Below the pieces are notes generated by a model, which saw only the letters and a program-made list of their open reading frames with translations, made no database searches and was not told the origin of the DNA. Position numbers and translations under genes: made by a program. Below, piece by piece: positions 28,209 to 41,760 of a stretch of 64,000 nt of DNA. The stretch spans positions 79,484,001 to 79,548,000 of the forward strand of contig OX597824.1 of assembly GCA_951406725.2 (NCBI GenBank). The letters are read 5' to 3'. How positions within the stretch are numbered: position 1 is the first letter of the stretch; each line of letters begins with the position of its first letter. The DNA is from Octopus vulgaris (Eukaryota).

Positions 28209-28557
28209 CCTTTAGTCGAGCAAATCGGCCCCAGGACTTATTCTTTGTAAGCCTAGTACTTATTCTATCGGTCTATTTTGCTGAACCGCTAAGTTACGGG
28301 GACGTAAACACACCAGCATCAGTTGTCAAGCCAAGTTTGGGGGTCAAACACAGACACACAAACACACACACATATATATACATATACATATACACGACAG
28401 CCTTCTTTCAGTTTCCATCTACCAAATCCACTCACAAGGTTTTGGTCGGCCTGAGGCTATAGTAGAAGACAGTTGCCCAAGGTGCCACGCAGTGGGACTA
28501 AACTCGGAACCATGTGGTTCGTAAGCGAGCTACTTACCACACAGCCACTTCTGCACC
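28209..28557 (-). mobile_element. SINE family A, 3' end missing
   Basis: Homology to family A. Confidence 0.85.
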
Positions 28558-28559
28558 TA

Positions 28560-28600
28560 TATATGCATATATATATATGATATATATTTATATATACATT

Positions 28601-28633
<33 letters not shown>

Positions 28634-28787
28634 TCCATATATACATATATATCTATGTCTATCTATCAATCAATCAATCTATTTATCTATCTACCTATCC
28701 ATCTATCTCAGTCTGTCTGTTTATTTGTATGTTTGTCTGTCTATCTGTCTGTCTGTCTGTCTCTCTCTCTCTGCATATATATATATG

Positions 28788-28837
<50 letters not shown>

Positions 28838-28933
28838 CATATATATACATACACTTGCACATATACATATTCTATGCAGTCAGTATATGTGCTTCTGTGT
28901 TTGAGCGTCTGTGTAAATATATATATGTGTGTG

Positions 28934-28968
<35 letters not shown>

Positions 28969-29348
28969 GCAAATATATGTATATATAAACATCTCTATGG
29001 ATGTCTTAATCAAAGAAATATTAGGATTTTCATAATTATCTAATTTCCTTACGTTATATAATTTAATAAGGAGGGGGAAGGAAATTATGAGTGAGCATGC
29101 CAAAATGAATAGTTAAGTTGCTACAGCAGCACAAATTGCACTCTTTGTGAGTGTATACCTATATATATATATGTGTGTGTGTGTGTGTATATATATGCAG
29201 GCATGTATGTGTGTGTGTGTGTGAATATGTCTGAGTATGGGCATATTCATATCTGTGATTCGTGAATGTAAATATAAATATGTTCAATGCATGTATGTGG
29301 TAACTGTTTATCCGTCTCTAAGTAACTATGTGTGTGTGCACATGTGTG

Positions 29349-29382
<34 letters not shown>

Positions 29383-29500
29383 TGTATGTATGTATGTATG
29401 TATGTATGTATCCATGTATGTATGTATGTATGCATGTATGTTTTCATACACATATTTAGTGACAGACACATTCATATACACACACACATATACATATAAC

Positions 29501-29544
<44 letters not shown>

Positions 29545-29718
29545 AGAAAGATAAAAAGAAGTAGGTAGGTAGGTAGTTAGGTAGGTAGGTAGGTAGGTAG
29601 GTAGGTAGGTAGGTAGGTAGGTAGGTAGGTAGGTAGGTAGGTACATAGGTAGGGAGAGAGAGAGAGAGAGAGAGAAACAGAGAGATAGATAGATAATTAG
29701 ATAGACAGACAGACAAAC

Positions 29719-29807
<89 letters not shown>

Positions 29808-29846
29808 GATAGATAGATAGATAGATAGATGATGGATGGATAGATG

Positions 29847-29885
<39 letters not shown>

Positions 29886-29886
29886 G

Positions 29887-29924
<38 letters not shown>

Positions 29925-29960
29925 GAGATAGATAGATAAATGGATAGATAGATAGATAAA
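28560..29960. repeat. Microsatellite block (TA, GTAT, GTAG, GATA)
   Basis: Direct inspection. Confidence 0.92.
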
Positions 29961-30296
29961 TCAGTGTAAACAGATACTCTTCTTCTATGATGTTAAATAT
30001 ATGCTATTCTGCAGCTGAACTCCTGGCATTTTGACTTAATGTGGTTGTACGTACTATAAAACATTGAACTTGAAAGACAGCAGATGTTGTGCCTGTCCAA
30101 CATCAAAACATTGACTACTTTCAGAAATTATATATTAAATTCTTTGTATTAAATTAGTATTTTTAATAATAAATTGGTAACTATTTACATTCTATAATTA
30201 ATAATAATTCATTTTTTTATAATTTTAGACTTCGGAGTTACTTCTTACTTTACCTACCTAGAAGACATTTCTAGATGAACACATGTGAGAGTTTGT

Positions 30297-30581
30297 TGCT
30301 TGTTCCTTCTCATAAGGGCCATTTCCCCGGTTTCCTTGGTGTATAGGTTCCCCACCTGGATGAGATGCTGGGCCGTCGCAGGTGAGCTGCAAGATGCAGG
30401 AGGAAAGAGTGAGAGAAAGTTGTGGCGAAAGAATCAGCAGAAGTTCGCCATTACCTTCTGCCGAAGCCGCGTGGAGCTTAGGTGTTTTGCTCATAAACAC
30501 ACACATCGCCCGGTTTGAGATTCGAACCCGCGATCCCTCGACCACAAGTCTGCTGCTCTAACCACTAGGCCATGTGCTTCC
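30297..30581 (-). mobile_element. B-related SINE with a third tail type
   Basis: tRNA head GGAAGCACATGGCCTAGTGGTTAGAGC..GGTTCGAATC, B-like body. A related fragment lies at 28076-28208. Confidence 0.75.
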
Positions 30582-30950
30582 ACTCATATGAGAGTGAATG
30601 TGTGTGTGTAAGTGTGTGCGTGTATAATGGACTCTCCTACTGAAGAAGACAAATGAATGTTCAGTTTTTGCTGAATGACCTGCACAAATGATTTGTTCAC
30701 AGTCATCAAATGTTCATGCCACACATTAGCTCAGTCTCTCCATCAAATCAAGATTGTCTGAACAAATGCACTGAGTACCACACTTCAGGCGTCAAAGTGA
30801 TCGCAGAGCAACATGAAATGAAGTATTTTGCTCAAGAGCAAAACACCCCACTCGGTCTAGGAACTGAAATCGTGATCTAGCAATCGTATGTGCAACACCC
30901 AACCACTAAGCCATATGCCCTCACATATATATATATATTATATATATATA

Positions 30951-31640
30951 AAGGCGCATGGCTCAGTGGTTAGAGTGTCGAGCTTACGATCATGAGGTTG
31001 TGAGCTCGAATCCTGGACTGGGCTGCATGTTGTGTTCTTGAGCAAGACACTTTATTTCACGTTGCTCTAGTTCACTCAGCTATAGAAATGAGTTGCAACA
31101 TCACAGGTGCCAAGCTGTATCAGCCGTTGCCTTTCCCTTGGATAACACTGGTGACATGGAGAGGGGAGGCCGGTATGCATGGGCGACTGCTGGTCTTCCA
31201 TAAACAACCTCGCCCGGACTTGTGCCTTGGAGGGTAATTTTCTAGGTGCAATCCCATGGTCTGTGTCGTGACCAAAGGGGATCTTAGATATTATATATAC
31301 ATGTGAAGGCACATGGCTCAGTGGTTGGAGCATCAGGCTTACAATCATGAGGTAGTGAGTTCGATTCCCAGACCAGGCTGTGTGCTGTGTTCTCGAGCAA
31401 GACACTTTATTCTCCTGTTGCTCCAGTTCACTCAGTTGAAGAAATGAGTTGTGATGTCCCTGGTGCCAAGCTGTATCGGCCCCTTTGCCTTTCCTTTGGA
31501 TAACACCAGTGTCATGGAGAAGCAAGGCTGGTATGCATGGGTGACTGTTAGTCTTCCATAAACAACCTTGCCTAGACTTGTGCCTCAGGGGGGAACTTTC
31601 TAGGTGCAATCCCATGGTCATTCATGACCAAAGTGGACCT
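30951..31640 (+). mobile_element. Two tandem family E SINEs (30951-31285 and 31303-31640)
   Basis: Homology to 27491-27830. Confidence 0.88.
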
Positions 31641-31644
31641 TTTA

Positions 31645-33378
31645 CTGCTTCCACTACCACCATCACCACCACCAACACCACAAGTACCACTATTACTTGT
31701 ACCACATCACCACTAGCATTACTACCATCATCAAAACTACCCCCACTTCCATGCCACTTTCCTTAGCACTAGTACCATGATTATTATGACCAGTCATTAC
31801 CACCAGTACTACTACCATCACCACCACCACCACCACCACCACCACCACCACCACCACTACTACTACAACTACCACCACCACCACCACCATCACTACCACC
31901 ACCACCTGTATCTCCACTACTATCACCACAACCTCTGCCACTACCATCACAACCACTAGCATCACTTACCACCACCTCAACCACTGCCACCAACACTACA
32001 ACCAGCAGCACCACCACCACCACCATCACAACAAGCACAAACACTACTACCACCACCACCATCACTACCACAACCACTACAATCAACACCACTAATACTT
32101 CCACCACTACCACAACCACTACAACCAACACCACTAATAGCTCCACCACTACCACCACCACTATCACCCCACCACCACCACCACCACCACTACAACAACA
32201 AGCATTAACCCTACTATCACCACTACCATCCCCACTCTTACCGCAACAAGCACCACCACCATTACCACCACCACCATCACCACCACCACCACCATCACCA
32301 CCTCTCTCACTCCCCTCAACCACTGATATCAACACAAATATATGGGCATTGTCCATTTATGACAAGAGCCATAATGGCAGAATTGCAGGAAAATTGTGAG
32401 TCAGTGTATGATGTCCAAATGGAGAAGACACAACCAATGCTGTTGCCTTACAATTCCCTTTCTTCCTACTCCACCACCTCCACTACCTCCTCCTCCACCT
32501 CCTTGATCTTGTTCTCCTCCATCTTTCCACTGTTGTTGTTGTTGTTGATGTTGTAGTTGTCCGGCTTCTTCGTCTTCTTCATCTTCTTTTTCTCTTCTTA
32601 TACTGTTTCTTCTGCTTCTCATTCCGTCTTTTCCTTCTGCTTCTCATCTTTCTACTTGTTCCTCTTCTTCTACTGCTGCTGCTGCTGCTGCTGCTGCCAC
32701 TTCTTCTTCTTTTCCTTCTTCTTTTCATTCTTCTTCTTCTTCTTCTTCTTCACCTTTTTTTTCTATTTCCTTTTCTCTTTTTCTTTCTTTCTTTCTTTCT
32801 TTTTCATTCACTTCCTACTCCTCCTCCTCAGCATTTTTTTTTCTCTTTGACTTGCCCTTCCTCCTCTCCACACTTCTATCTACCTTCTACATCTCTCTCT
32901 CTCTTTCTCTCTCTCTCACACACACACACATACATACACACACACTCTTTCTTACATACACACACACACTCTCTTTCTCTCTTTCACACACACACATACA
33001 CACACACTCTTTCTTACATACACACACACACTCTCTTTGTCTCACACACACACACACATACACACTCTCTTTCTCTGTCATACACACACACACACTCTCT
33101 CTCTCACACACACACACACACTTTCTCTCTCTCTCACACTCACACACACTCTTTCTTACATACACACACACTCTTTCTTACATACACACACACTCTCTTT
33201 CTCTCTTTCACACACACACTCCCTTTCTCTCTGTCACACACATACACTCTCTCACACACACACACACTCTCTCTCTCACACATACACACACACTTTCTCT
33301 CTCTCTCACACTCACACACACACTCTTTCTTACATACACACACACACTCTCTTTCTCTCTTTGTCTCTCACACACACA

Positions 33379-33413
<35 letters not shown>

Positions 33414-33430
33414 TCACTCTCTCTCTCTCC
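31645..33430. repeat. CAC/CTT block and CA/CT compound minisatellite
   Basis: Direct inspection. CTTTCTTACATACACAC recurs in 32890-33430. Confidence 0.92.
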
Positions 33431-33864
33431 TGAATCATTTAATAACAATGAATGACAGCCTGACAGTCTAACCTTGGGCTTTGAGAATCGATCAAGACAG
33501 TTGACGCCTTGCATTTGCAATATTTAATTTATATTTATACTTTATAGAAGAAAACAACATGCCCTCAACCACAAGATTTTCTGTTTTTAATTTCTATAAC
33601 CTTCAGTTTTCTACTACCATTATTTAGAGGCTCAGACAAATGTATGTTCTTTTCTGTTTTTCCATTATTTAAATTCTTCCTTTGAAGAAAGAGCTGGTCT
33701 CTAACAACGCTACAAAGCTCCATCATTGAAATGTAGATAACGAAATCAATATCACATTTTAAACCCGAGAAAAGTCTTACATAGTTTCACTGTTTCACTT
33801 ACAGATTGCATTTTCTGAAAATCCAAGCTTATCCAGGTTGACAGTTAGGAATTTACTTACAAAA

Positions 33865-34408
33865 AACCAAGTGCTTCAATTATTATTGGTATAAATGTAA
33901 ATTTGTAATCTGGATATAGAAGGTGGAGGTTTTGAAGAAATTGGCCACAGTTATCTTCTTTCTCTTTGATTTTCACATCAGCAAGACAGCTGCCCTCTAT
34001 GATGGAACATACTTTTTACTTGTCTGTCCCAAACAACAATATCCGGTTTGTTATACTCTTTTACTTGTCTCAGCCATTTGACAGTGGCCATGCCGGAGCA
34101 CTGCCTTTTAGTCAAGCAAAATGACCCTAGGACTTAAACCAAGTGCTTCAATCATTATTGGTATAAATGTAAATTTGTAATCTGGATATAGAAGGTGGAG
34201 GTTTTGAAGAAATTGTCCACAGTTATCTTCTTTCTCTTTGATTTTCACATCAGCAAGACAGCTGCCCTCTATGATGGAACATACTTTTACTTGTCTGTCC
34301 CAAACAACAATATCTGGTTTGTTATACTCTTTTACTTGTCTCAGTCATTTGACAGTGGCCATGCTGGAGCACTGCCTTTTAGTCGAGCAAATCGACCCAA
34401 GGACTTAT
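33865..34408 (+). repeat. Direct tandem duplication, 272-bp period
   Basis: AACCAAGTGCTTCAAT starts at 33865 and 34137. Includes part of a SINE A tail. Confidence 0.92.
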
Positions 34409-34637
34409 TCTTTGTAAGCCTAGTATTTATTCTATCAGTCTCTTTTGCTGAACCACTAAGTTACAGGGACGTAAACAACCCAGCATCTACTTTTGTTGTA
34501 AGTTGACAAATAAAGCAAAATATTGTTACCAAAATATTGCAAAAGTTACAAATATATTCCAAAAGTTACCTAAATATTGCAAAACTGCTGACTCAACAGA
34601 ATATTTGCTCAACTGTACTATCATGGAATGCTTAGAT

Positions 34638-35620
34638 CAGGGGTCATGGAACTTTTTTAACCAATTACCCCAAAATATATTTATTTACACCAACTTTCAT
34701 TCGAAAGGAAGAAAATAAAAGATTCCTTGAATTCAAAACGTATAAGATGTATGAAACAAATGTGATAAAATAAATTAATATCCTCATTATGAAACAAAAG
34801 GATTTTTCTAGAAACTTTTTCACTTCAGGTTTTGGAGAAATGATGATACTCTCTTTTACTTGTTTCAGTCATTTGACTGCAGCCATGCTGAAACACCGCC
34901 TTTAGTCGAGCAACTCGACCCCGGGACTTATTCTTTTTGTAAGCCCAGTACTTATTCTATCGGTCTCTTTTTGCCGAACCGCTAAGTAACGGGGACGTAA
35001 ACACACCAGCATCGGTTGTCAAGCAATGCTAGGGGAACAAACACAGACACGCAAACTCACACACATACACATATATATATGTATACATATATACGACGGG
35101 CTTCTTTCAGTTTCCATCTACCAAATCCACTCACAAGGCATTGGTCGGCCCGGGGCTATAGCAGAAGACACTTGCCCAAGATGCCACGCAGTGGGACTGA
35201 ACCCGGAACTATGTGGTCGGTTAGCAAGCTACTTACCACACAGCCACTCCTGCGCCTATGATGTTTCATTTTTGTTACAATTACATCAAAATTGGGGCAT
35301 TTTGATACTAGAGAAATTTGGACACAGTCTTTCAGGATCCAATCAATTACTCTGCTTTGTTTTTATGTTTATTAGAGTGGAAAATTCTTGTTTGCAAAGG
35401 TAGTTTGTTGCAAAAGGCAGCAAATTTTTGACTGCCTCCTCATACTAGAAAAATTTCTGTTGTAATTAAGGGATACACTTATTTCATATGAGAGTATTTT
35501 AGTTTTTATTCTCTACTTTTTTTTATATATTTTCACTTATGTCTAATGAGTCCTCATTACCCCCAAGAATTTCATATTTACTCCACTTCAGATAATTTAC
35601 CTCCAGTTTGCCGACCCCTG
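34638..35620. mobile_element. hAT-like MITE containing a SINE
   Basis: Ends CAGGGGTC...GACCCCTG, degenerate TSD gcttagat/atttagat. Confidence 0.65.
34849..35256 (-). mobile_element. SINE family A nested in a hAT-like MITE
   Basis: Full-length copy. Confidence 0.9.
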
Positions 35621-35809
35621 ATTTAGATGAATATTACAAACCAGTCAGAAGAGCCAAAGTGCTTTAGAATCTTCTATGTAGCATATCTTGCACAGACAGT
35701 GTCATTAAGACTTTCTCCAGGTCAGAAAACACAAGGAAGTTTATTTGTTGCTTTCTGCTCTTTGTCTGAAAGCTGACTGAGGCAAAATATCATACTGATT
35801 GTTCCTCTT

Positions 35810-36070
35810 GTGGGATGACGTCAGCAGCTGGACATCAGCAGTCGGGTGCATTGACCGGAAGCTGGGGCAAGCGGAAGGGGTCAGCTGTCAGGCGTGCGCA
35901 GGGAGCGGAAATTGCGCCTTTTCCAACGTGGGTCGTGCAGGTGACAAGACGTGTGAGGACGTCGCTAAGGGTTTGGGCTAGCAGCTGCTATCGTTAGTGT
36001 TCGGGTCGGGGCTGTGAGGAAGGACTAGTCATCACTGGAGGGTCTCCGTCACTAAGAAGAGAAGGTAGGT
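35810..36070 (+). promoter_or_regulatory. GC/CpG-rich island with CRE, ETS and NRF1-like motifs
   Basis: TGACGTCA (35816), ACCGGAAG (35854), GCGGAAG (35871), GCGTGCGCA (35892), donor-like AAG|GTAGGT (36065). Confidence 0.4.
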
Positions 36071-36199
36071 GCCTCTATATTCAAATCGCGCACTCACTAC
36101 ACCTCTGATGCTTGAAATCCACACTGTGGCTCAGGCAAGATTTCAAGGTTGATTTGGGGCCAGCTGAGTAGAATTTTGGCAAGGATTTTGTTTGCAACA

Positions 36200-36530
36200 G
36201 AAAGCAGGGATATGCCAAGGTAATTGCCATATACTGCAATCTTGAGGCATCAAAAGATGGTAATGACGATGAATTTTGGACCTTGCATATTTGAAGGCAA
36301 AGTTTATATGCCAACAGAATGTGGCTGTCTTATAAAGGATGATTTTACTTTCGTATCAGCCCCAGGAAAACATCTTTTCCAGCTGGCTATCAAACACATA
36401 GTTTGTACCTAGCATTTGCAAGGGAGGTCATCGATCCCATGTCTAGCCTTACATGATACTCACAGACCTGGATTTCTGGATGATTGCCTATCCTCAGTGT
36501 GAGGACCACAAGCTAGTAATGGAAGCTATC
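36200..36530 (+). mobile_element. Degenerate AP-endonuclease domain of a LINE (RTE-like)
   Basis: Across frameshifts: VIAIYC..NDDEFW (cf. IxxYAP..KDEFW), CLIKDDFT (cf. LIxGDFN) and EDHKLVM (cf. SDHxLV), in the expected order. Confidence 0.45.
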
Positions 36531-37890
36531 TCCACTCGCAAATACTATATATTCTTTTGCATATATATGTGTGTGTGTGTGCAGCAAAAATTTAGATTCA
36601 GATGAAAATGGTAATCCATACAATTTCAAAGTAAGGTGATTAAAATCTAAATAAGCAACAAGGATATCCCGTACTGCATTACCTCTGGCTATCCTTGTTG
36701 CTTGTGTGTGTGTGTGTGTATGTATGTATATATGTGTGTGTGTGTATATATATATATATACATACATACATATATAAATATATATATATTTGCATATATA
36801 TGTGTGTATGTATGTATGTATGTATGTATGTGTATATATACATATATACATATATACATATGTAAATGTATACATATATGCACACACACACTCAAATATG
36901 TACATGTGTTGTGTATGTACATGCATGTGTGTGTATGTGTGTGTTTGTGTGCATGTGTGCTTGCAAATTACACTTGAACCTCACAAGGCACATCTTACTT
37001 AATTCATCTAATTGAATAATTTATTCACCGAGAGTTCTCAACAACTAATAAGAAATCAGTTGGAACTACGACCAATATCTACGTAAAATAGACAATCAGA
37101 AAATAATCTTAAAGAAACTCAAAAGCCCCAATAAAGAAACTACACACATATTTTATCACAGCACAGTTTAAAAATAAATGCATTTCTTACTCATAATCAA
37201 AACGAATCATGCTTTTTGACAGGATATAAAATCCAGGTTGAAGTCTAGACTGATATCTCTCCTTTGTTGACATGTTTTGTCTTCAACAAAAAGAAACCCC
37301 TCCTACGTAAAAAATTACAATAAATCAAAAGTGTAACTCAACTCTATTTTTTTTTTATCAAAAGAAATAAAATATAAAAAATAAATATCAATATACATTT
37401 CAATTATATGCTCCTAACCTTCCAACAGAATCATTTACATTTACATAGACAACAATAAGTGACAGATGATATATATACCCTCTCTATAAAACCTATATTC
37501 AATACTATATGCTGGTTACAAATTTGGTATTATGGCCATTATGTCGAAGTCCACCTTTCTACTAAAACAACTTTTAATACCAATATACATATATATAGTC
37601 TTTTATTTGTTTCAGTCATTTGACTGTGGCCATGCTGGAGAACCACCTTTAGTCAAACAAATCGAGCTCAGGACTTATTCTTTATAAGCCTAGTACTTAT
37701 CCTATTGGTCTCTTTTGCCAAACCACTAAGTTATAGGGACGTAAACACACCAGCATCGGTTGTCAAGTGTGTACTATGTACACATACACACACATATATT
37801 ACTATCCAAACAAGAAAAAGAGAACAACACGAGGATGTGGAACAAGTACTGTGTTACTGGACGCTCAGGAAAGGAAAGAAAAGAAAGAGG

Positions 37891-37925
37891 ATTTCATGTT
37901 TCGAGCAGAGCTCTTCATCAGAAAT
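37891..37925 (-). ncRNA. Degenerate minimal hammerhead motif
   Basis: ATTT-CTGATGA-a-GAGC tct GCTC-GAAACATG-AAAT. Flank (acgctcagga) is related to the 10103-10280 repeat. Confidence 0.4.
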
Positions 37926-38379
37926 ATAGAAAAAGTCCAAAGAAGGGAAGATGAAGCAAGAAAATCGCCAACAGAGAGATGTACATATATGATTTACAAT
38001 ATGTCATATAAAAAGTACCCAGTCCACGCTGTAAGGTGATTGGCAGCTGGAAGGGCATCCAGCTGTAAAACCATGCTAAAACAGGCAGTAAAGCCTAGTG
38101 AACTCCTCTGGCAAACCGCTAAGTTACAGGGACATAAACACACCAACAACAGCTGTCAAGTTGTGGTGGGGTTCAAACAGACACACATAAACACATAGAT
38201 ATACATATATATATATATATATATATGCAACAAGCTTCTTTCAATTTCCATCTACCAAATCTACTCACAAGGCTTCATTCAGTTAGCCTGAGGCTATAGT
38301 AGAAGACACTTGCCCAGGGTGCCACACAGTGGGACTGAACCAGGAACCATGTGGTTGGGAAGGAAGCTTCTTATTACAG

Positions 38380-39111
38380 AGAGGGAACAAACAAGGAGAG
38401 ACAAACAGATTAAGTCGATTATATTGACTCCAGTGCGTAACTGGTACTTAATTTATCGACCCCGAAAGGATGAAAGGCAAAGTTGACCTTGGCGGAATTT
38501 GAACTCAGAATGTAGCGGCAGATGAAATACCTATTTCTTTACTACCCACAAGGGGCTAAACACAGAGGGGACAAACAAGGACAGACAAATGGATTAAGTC
38601 GATTACATCGACCCGAGTGCGTAACTGGTACTTATTTAATCGACCCCGAAAGGATGAAAGGCAAAGTTGATCTTGGCGGAATTTGAATTCAGAATGTAGC
38701 AGCAGACGAAATACCTATTTCTTTACTACCCACAAGGGGCTAAACACAGAGGGGACAGACAAATGGATTAAGTCGATTACATCGACCCCAGTGTGTAACT
38801 GGAACTTAATTTATCGACCCCGAAAGGATGAAAGGCAAAGTTGACCTTGGCGGAATTTGAACTCAGAATGTAGCGGCAGATGAAATACCTATTTCTTTAC
38901 TACCCACAAGGGGCTAAACACAGAGGGGACAAACAAGGACAGACAAATGGATTAAGTCGATTACATCGACCCGAGTGCATAACTGGTACTTATTTAATCG
39001 ACCCCGAAAGGATGAAAGGCAAAGTTGATCTTGGCGGAATTTGAACTCAGAACGTAGCAGCAGACGAAATACTGCTAAGCATTTCATCTGGCGTGCTAAT
39101 GTTTCTGCCAG
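38380..39111 (-). repeat. Head-to-tail tandem array of four family D units (~175-185 bp period)
   Basis: CTATTTCTTTACTACCCACAAGGGG recurs at about 38531, 38715 and 38889. Only the outermost unit has a complete head. Confidence 0.9.
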
Positions 39112-39790
39112 CCATGCTTGGTTATAACTAAATAATCATAATTATATTTCATAAACATTGTAAAGCATGGAAAAAAAATCCCATTTTTCAATGGGGATTT
39201 GATCCTTGTTTATGTACATGTTCTTCCAAGCATCTTTTAAAAACGAGCTAGCATTAATATTGGGAGATCATATTAAGAAATTTAGTACAAACACAATTCA
39301 TTTTTCCGTGTGTTTGGGGTTCTGATTTGATTTCGACTCAATCAATTCACAGACTGAAGTTTGACGTTCATTCAGAATGTCTGTTGGAGTTCTAAGCGGA
39401 ACCAGTCCCGCTGTCTTTTATGGTGTTAGCAGTCTCAATATTTTGTTTGGAGCGAGTGAATCAGTTTGTGGATTGTGAATTATAAAGAGAAGAGAAGAGA
39501 AGATGGAAGGTTTTAGCAAATAAAATCAATATTTATCTGCAAGTGTGAAGAAGTAGTCACATCATACGAACACTGAGAATTATTGGTGGCAGTGGTGGTG
39601 GTGGTGGTGGTGGTGGTGGTGGTGGTGATGGGGGAAGGTAGATAGATGTATGATTATGTGAACATGACTAGTTGTGTGTGTGTGTGTGTGTGTGCGTGTG
39701 TATGTGCATGCATGCACATGTTTGAGTGCATGTGTTTATACATACTGCATGCAAATATGTATGTGTTTGTATCTATTTATCTCTGTATCA

Positions 39791-39900
<110 letters not shown>

Positions 39901-40669
39901 TATTATATATATACATACATACACACTTACATACATATGTGTACATGTATAAGTACACACACATACATACACAGACATATATACAATATATATTGTGTAT
40001 GGCATATGAAGAGTGGTAAAGCATTAGAGCCTTGCGGTATTGTGTTACAGCCCTTTACATCCTGAGTTCAAATCCTGCGAAGGTCAACTTTGTTTTTTTC
40101 ATCTTTCCGGGATCAATAATGGATCATTCAAACGATTCAATGAAATAATGGATTGATTTAATTGCCTAACATCTCTCCACAAATTTGTGGCTTTGTGTCT
40201 GTTTAGAAATCAATATGATGTGCATGTAGTGTGTGTGAGTGTGTGTGTTTCGAAAGCAAAGTTCAGGAGTATCTTAAATACCTCAAAACTGAAGTCAATC
40301 TTTGAAGGAAGGTTATACCAATTCTGAGAGAGGACCATTTGTCAATTTTACAACAATCTACGCCAGTAAACACAGACTAAGGCACTCACACACTCTCTCT
40401 CTTTCTTTTCCACACACAATCATTAGCATCAACAACATCTTAATGCCCTCCATTCTAAATTTTTGCATAGTAGTAAGTTAGTCTACATTGCTTCATGAGG
40501 AACATAGGCATGTGACTATTTCTTGCTAGTGGATGAGAGATTTGAGGCTACATCATTTTATTAATTCTGCACTGTTTTGGAATTTTAACAAGTTTTTATC
40601 TAATCTAATATCACACAATGCTTCACCCAAACCCTCTCTCCTCCCCTCTCTCTCTCTCTACATATGTGT

Positions 40670-40717
<48 letters not shown>

Positions 40718-40754
40718 CTCTCTCTCTTGGAGAGGCACAAGCACCCACACACAC

Positions 40755-40950
40755 ATGCCGGTGGTACGTAAAAAGCACTCACGACACTCTCGGAGTGGTT
40801 GGCATTAGGAAGGGCACCTAGCTGTAGAAACTTTGCCAGATCAGATTGGAGCCTGGTACAGCCTTCTGGCTCGCCAGTCCTCAGTCCGACCGTCCAACCC
40901 ATGCCAGCATGGAAAAATGGACGTTAAATGACGACGATGATGATGATGAT
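40755..40950 (+). mobile_element. SINE family C, 3' part
   Basis: Core and (GAT)n tail. Confidence 0.85.
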
Positions 40951-40954
40951 CCTT

Positions 40955-41170
40955 GATTTCAGACCAAGATAGACTGATTGCTTTCACTTCATCCTTTCCA
41001 AGTCTGGTTAGGTCGTCTAACTTTCCTCTTTCCTTCAGGTTGCCAGTCTAACGTTTGTCTTGGAGGTCTCCTTAGAGTGTGACTAATTCCTGCCCCATTT
41101 CCTTATCAGATTCATGGGAATTTGGTTTGTTGTATCTCACAGATTTGTTTGAAAATTTGAGTGATCACCA
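40955..41170 (-). mobile_element. RTE LINE 3' remnant
   Basis: Degenerate match to the RWxxxGHxLR...WQPEGKRKxxRPxxTW region. Confidence 0.45.
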
Positions 41171-41589
41171 GGTGCTCTTGCTGTCATCAACCCTCGTCTG
41201 TTTTCTAATACAATAGCTGGACATATTTTCATGGAAGATTGCAACCTAACAACACCGCTTATATAGCAGTAGCATCTACACATGCATGCGCGTGATTAAA
41301 AGAATAATTGGGAAAAATACTCAGGAACACTTGTAGTGCTAATGCTTAATACTAAACTGAGAGTTAGTAGACTTGTGTAGTACAACTGTGCGAAGGAGAG
41401 GTGACGATGAATGGCTCCTTTAATACATCGCACGGTTGATTACAATAAATATGAAAGGTATGAGTAAGTACAAGTGCCAGAAGGAAAAGAGACGACACAA
41501 TCGGTAGAAAATCAGTGGTTAGACATTAGAAGGTCTAGAACCAAAAGACGAAATACAGTGTTGAAATTAGCTTTTTTATACCATTCTAT

Positions 41590-41760
41590 CGGCGCAAATG
41601 AGGTTTAGAAAAGACTGTGTCACGTGACCTTATCAGAAGGCTGCGATTGGTTGGGTTGCACATTGACGCATAATAGAGCAAGAGACAAACTGCGCCTATA
41701 CCAACCAATCAGAGTAGCGGACACATCAGGGTCCAAGCGGCCAAAGGCTAGCTGTTATCT
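41590..41760. promoter_or_regulatory. Promoter-like motif cluster
   Basis: GTCACGTGAC (41619-41628), GATTGG (41645), TGACGCA (41664) and CCAATC (41705) in unique CpG-containing sequence. Confidence 0.5.
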
